Source: Macrostomum lignano (lineage: Eukaryota). Taken from it: 64,000 bases of DNA. Position numbers and translations under genes: made by a program. The stretch spans positions 148,459-212,458 of the forward strand of contig NIVC01000903.1 in the NCBI GenBank assembly GCA_002269645.1, read 5' to 3'. The notes below the pieces were generated by a model. That model was not told where the DNA came from. It made no database searches and saw only the letters and a list, made by a program, of their open reading frames with translations. This document shows positions 61,117-64,000 of this stretch, one piece after another. The stretch's first letter is position 1, and each line of letters starts with the position of its first letter.

Positions 61117-61444
61117 TAGCAACCGATTGGCAACCGACGCATCCTGCATAGCAACCGATTGGCAACCGACGCATCTTGCTTAGCAACCGATTGGCAACCG
61201 ACGCATCCTGCATAGCAACCGATTGGCAACCGACGCATCCTGCTTAGCAACCGATTGGCAACCGATGCATCTTGTATAGCAACCGATTGGCAACCGACGC
61301 ATCCTGTATAGCAACCGATTGGCAACCGACGCATCCTGCTTAGCAACCGATTGGCAACCGACGCATCTTGTATAGCAACCGATTGGCAACCGACGCATCC
61401 TGCGTAGCAGCTAATTGGCAACCGACGCATTTTGCATAGCAACC
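61117..61444. repeat. 32-bp minisatellite (TAGCAACCGATTGGCAACCGACGCATCCTGCA)n, ~10 units
   Basis: GCAACCGATT at 61151 and 61183 gives a period of 32. Confidence 0.95.
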
Positions 61445-61462
61445 AAAATACAAAAGTGACGC

Positions 61463-61476
61463 GTTTCCATAGCGAC
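61463..61476. promoter_or_regulatory. RFX X-box GTTTCCATAGCGAC (minus: GTCGCTATGGAAAC), 23 bp upstream of the ATG at 61500
   Basis: Exact match to GTHNYYATRRNAAC on the minus strand; proximal position; function untested. Confidence 0.55.
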
Positions 61477-61499
61477 CAATCCAAACTACACGTAGCCAA

Positions 61500-62150
61500 A
61501 TGGACGACAATTCGTATCCGGCATTTCATTGCAAACAACAGCGGCGCACTTCTTCCCTGGAGGATCTGCTGCTGCGCCAGAACCAACAACAGCAGCAACA
61601 GCAGAAGCAGCAACTGACTCTGCTGCACAATCGCGAACTGAGAGCTTCGGGCAACATTCGGCGGAACGTCTCAAGCCCGGTGGTGGAAGACAGCGGCAGC
61701 CTCAGAGGCGGCTGTTCGCCAGCCGCGAAGAAGCTCGGCCGCTACGTCGATGAGGAGGTGTACAGCGCCTTCAGCTCGATTGTACCCGACGTTGACAACC
61801 GGCGCCAGTGCATCGGTCACGTGATCAAACGCCTAGACGAGGAGATACTGTGCTCAGCCAAGGTGCGCAGCGACCTGCAGGCCTACCAGTTAGATTTGTG
61901 CGGCTTCCTGTGGCCAAAAGACGGCGAGACTAGCGGAGAAGACGGCGATGCAGCCAGACGGATGCTGGGCAACCTGGAGTACAGAGTGGCCACCCTGCGC
62001 GACCGACTGCTGTATCCGCTGCACTATCAGCAGCTGATTGACCTCAGCCACCTGTGCGGCTGCATTCATGCGGTCAGAATGCGCCTGGGCTTTGTTGGCG
62101 CCGCCAAGCAGCAGCAGGTGGAAGCAGCGCCGAAGGACAAACTGACTTAG
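61500..62150 (+). CDS. Hypothetical 216-aa protein, single exon, Gln-rich N-terminus and helical-looking C-terminal domain
   Basis: Non-repetitive 651-nt ORF with AAAATGG Kozak context and GC-rich third positions like the other genes here. No family was recognised. Confidence 0.6.
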   Translation: MDDNSYPAFHCKQQRRTSSLEDLLLRQNQQQQQQQKQQLTLLHNRELRASGNIRRNVSSPVVEDSGSLRGGCSPAAKKLGRYVDEEVYSAFSSIVPDVDNRRQCIGHVIKRLDEEILCSAKVRSDLQAYQLDLCGFLWPKDGETSGEDGDAARRMLGNLEYRVATLRDRLLYPLHYQQLIDLSHLCGCIHAVRMRLGFVGAAKQQQVEAAPKDKLT

Positions 62151-63239
62151 TGTGCGTTTCGTGCGCCAAGGACGCGCCGCACTCGCAAGTCGTGCAAATT
62201 TCGCGAGACAGGAGGCTTTCAGTTTTCTAAACGGATTTCGCTAAAGATTTGTTTTTTTTGCATAGCGCTACAGACAGTCAGGGCCGCTGTACACACTCAA
62301 GTAGAAGGACGGGAAACCTCGTTTCTTAGAAAATGTTTATAAGGCTGTTTTATGCCGGAAGATACACTACAGAGATAGGAAGTTCACTTTTTCAGCACAA
62401 AAATGGTTATTGCTTTTGATAGGAGGCAGACCCAATGTTCATCTTTTGATATGCTGTGCCTTTCTTATTGCTCTATTGAAATTTATAAAGCTTTTCGTTT
62501 AGAAAACAAGAACTCTATGTCAATATTTTATTCTATGTGCATTTATCTGTACCTAAAAATCATAAAAATGCATGGCACAGCTCAAATCTTTGGTTCTATG
62601 AATCTGTTTTATCATCTCTGTGACACAGTCAGCTGAGACTGATAAAGTAGATCCATAAAACCAATGAGCTGAGCCGTGTCATTTTAATGGTTTTAAGGCA
62701 CAGGACATGCAATTGTACGTAGAATAAAAAAATTGCCGCAGAATCCTAATTTTCTGAACGAAAAGCCTTATGAATATCAAAAACAGCCATAAGAAATGCA
62801 AAACATATCAAAAGATTACATTTTCTAAGAAACGTATGTGCATGCTGAGGAGTCAGCGAAATGGGCCAGAATTTCCACCAGCGCAGGTGGTGGGACCAGG
62901 GAGTTTTACCATAGACAATACAATCGTGGAGAATCTTGTTCAGAAAAAAATGCACCCAAAAGAGACAGGAGACACAGAAAAACGGACCTGTTAAATTTGC
63001 ACAACTTGCGAAAGCAGCGTTCTGCTTCAGAAGAGATCAGTTGGAAGTTTCGGTTTCTCAATACTAAACGCTTAATTTTTCGCCAAGCCACCATGCAATC
63101 AGATTTATTGGTAGCAATTAAAAATAACTAAACATTATATTGTTGTTCACTGCCACGGCCTCTCGTGCCTGTCCAGTCCAAGTCTGTAAATCACTTGATG
63201 TACATAGATAATTACTCGTATTTATCAAACCGCTTCGCT

Positions 63240-63490
63240 TCGCTGTGTCTGTGTATGTTTGAGTTTTTGTGTACCTGTGTATGTCTGTATTTTTGTGTCT
63301 GGATGCATCTGTGTATGTCTGTGTGTATGTCCGTGTATTTCTGTGTGTGTGCCTGTATGCATCTGTGTATGTCCGTGTATTTGTGTGTGTGTGCCTGCAT
63401 GCATCTGTGTATGTCTGTGTATTTCTGTGTGTGCCTGTATGTATCTGTGTATGTCCGTGTATGTGTCTGCATGCATCTGTGTATGTGTGT
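63240..63490. repeat. Degenerate (TGTGTATGTC/TG)n low-complexity repeat
   Basis: Direct observation. Confidence 0.85.
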
Positions 63491-64000
63491 GTTCTCGTCA
63501 GGGTTTGAGCAAACCAATATCAGTTAAAGTACAAGAAAAGTAAGCCGTTTCAGAGGATATAAAAAAGCAACTCTTATGGCTTCTGCAGCCTCAGTTTTGG
63601 TCTTTCCGGCACGCTATTTCTCAATGGATTGGCAACAAAACTCTCGCCAGTCCATTATTGAATTCTTGGATACAGTGGTACAGAAAAATGTCAGAAATTT
63701 GCTCAGCACATTTCAAATCGATACTGCGTGACGACTCTTAATCTCTTAGAATTGCAACGGGTTTGTGCGCTTATATTCTCGATTCGATTATTCTCTGATT
63801 TGCGCAAGTAAATACACATGGTTCGAAAGTTAGACAAGCGGCCAGAATAGAGTGACAACTAATGCCTTGATTAGCAATTTATACCAATATGATTTCTGTT
63901 TCGAGTTTGTTTGAGACACTTATCGATTGCATAGTAGCTGGCAAAGCAGTTTCCGTTTTTAATATTAAGTTAGAGATTTAAAAAATATATTCCTCAACAG

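Overview
Eukaryotic (invertebrate) genomic DNA. GC-rich exons, GT-AG introns and roughly 30% of the window in about 30 different micro/minisatellite arrays suggest a free-living flatworm such as Macrostomum; this is an inference. Supported protein genes: an intronless B-type muscarinic acetylcholine receptor (minus, 5724-8109, three small indels in TM6-TM7), a complete 7-exon STARD3/MLN64 (minus, 36850-43198), a 3-exon CCDC142 homolog (plus, 49305-56319) and an unrecognised 216-aa single-exon ORF (61500-62150). Mobile elements: a very young full-length Mag-like Ty3/Gypsy element (25954-30586, identical 358-bp LTRs, GTGTG TSD), two copies of a tRNA-derived CORE-type SINE, an 887-bp long-TIR DNA element with a decayed HTH transposase fragment, and a Crypton-like tyrosine-recombinase remnant. 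The most unusual observations are four. (1) The LTR element's internal region appears to be 100% coding: the ATG is made from the PBS and the stop codon is the first 3 nt of the 3' LTR. (2) Several tandem arrays are built from canonical transcription-factor sites (RFX X-box, AP-1, CCAAT), and single X-boxes sit at the starts of CCDC142 and the orphan ORF. (3) Five unrelated arrays share a 32-bp period. (4) A 1.6-kb CpG-free block lies between the divergent STARD3 and CCDC142 genes. All analysis was by eye; no database search was run.
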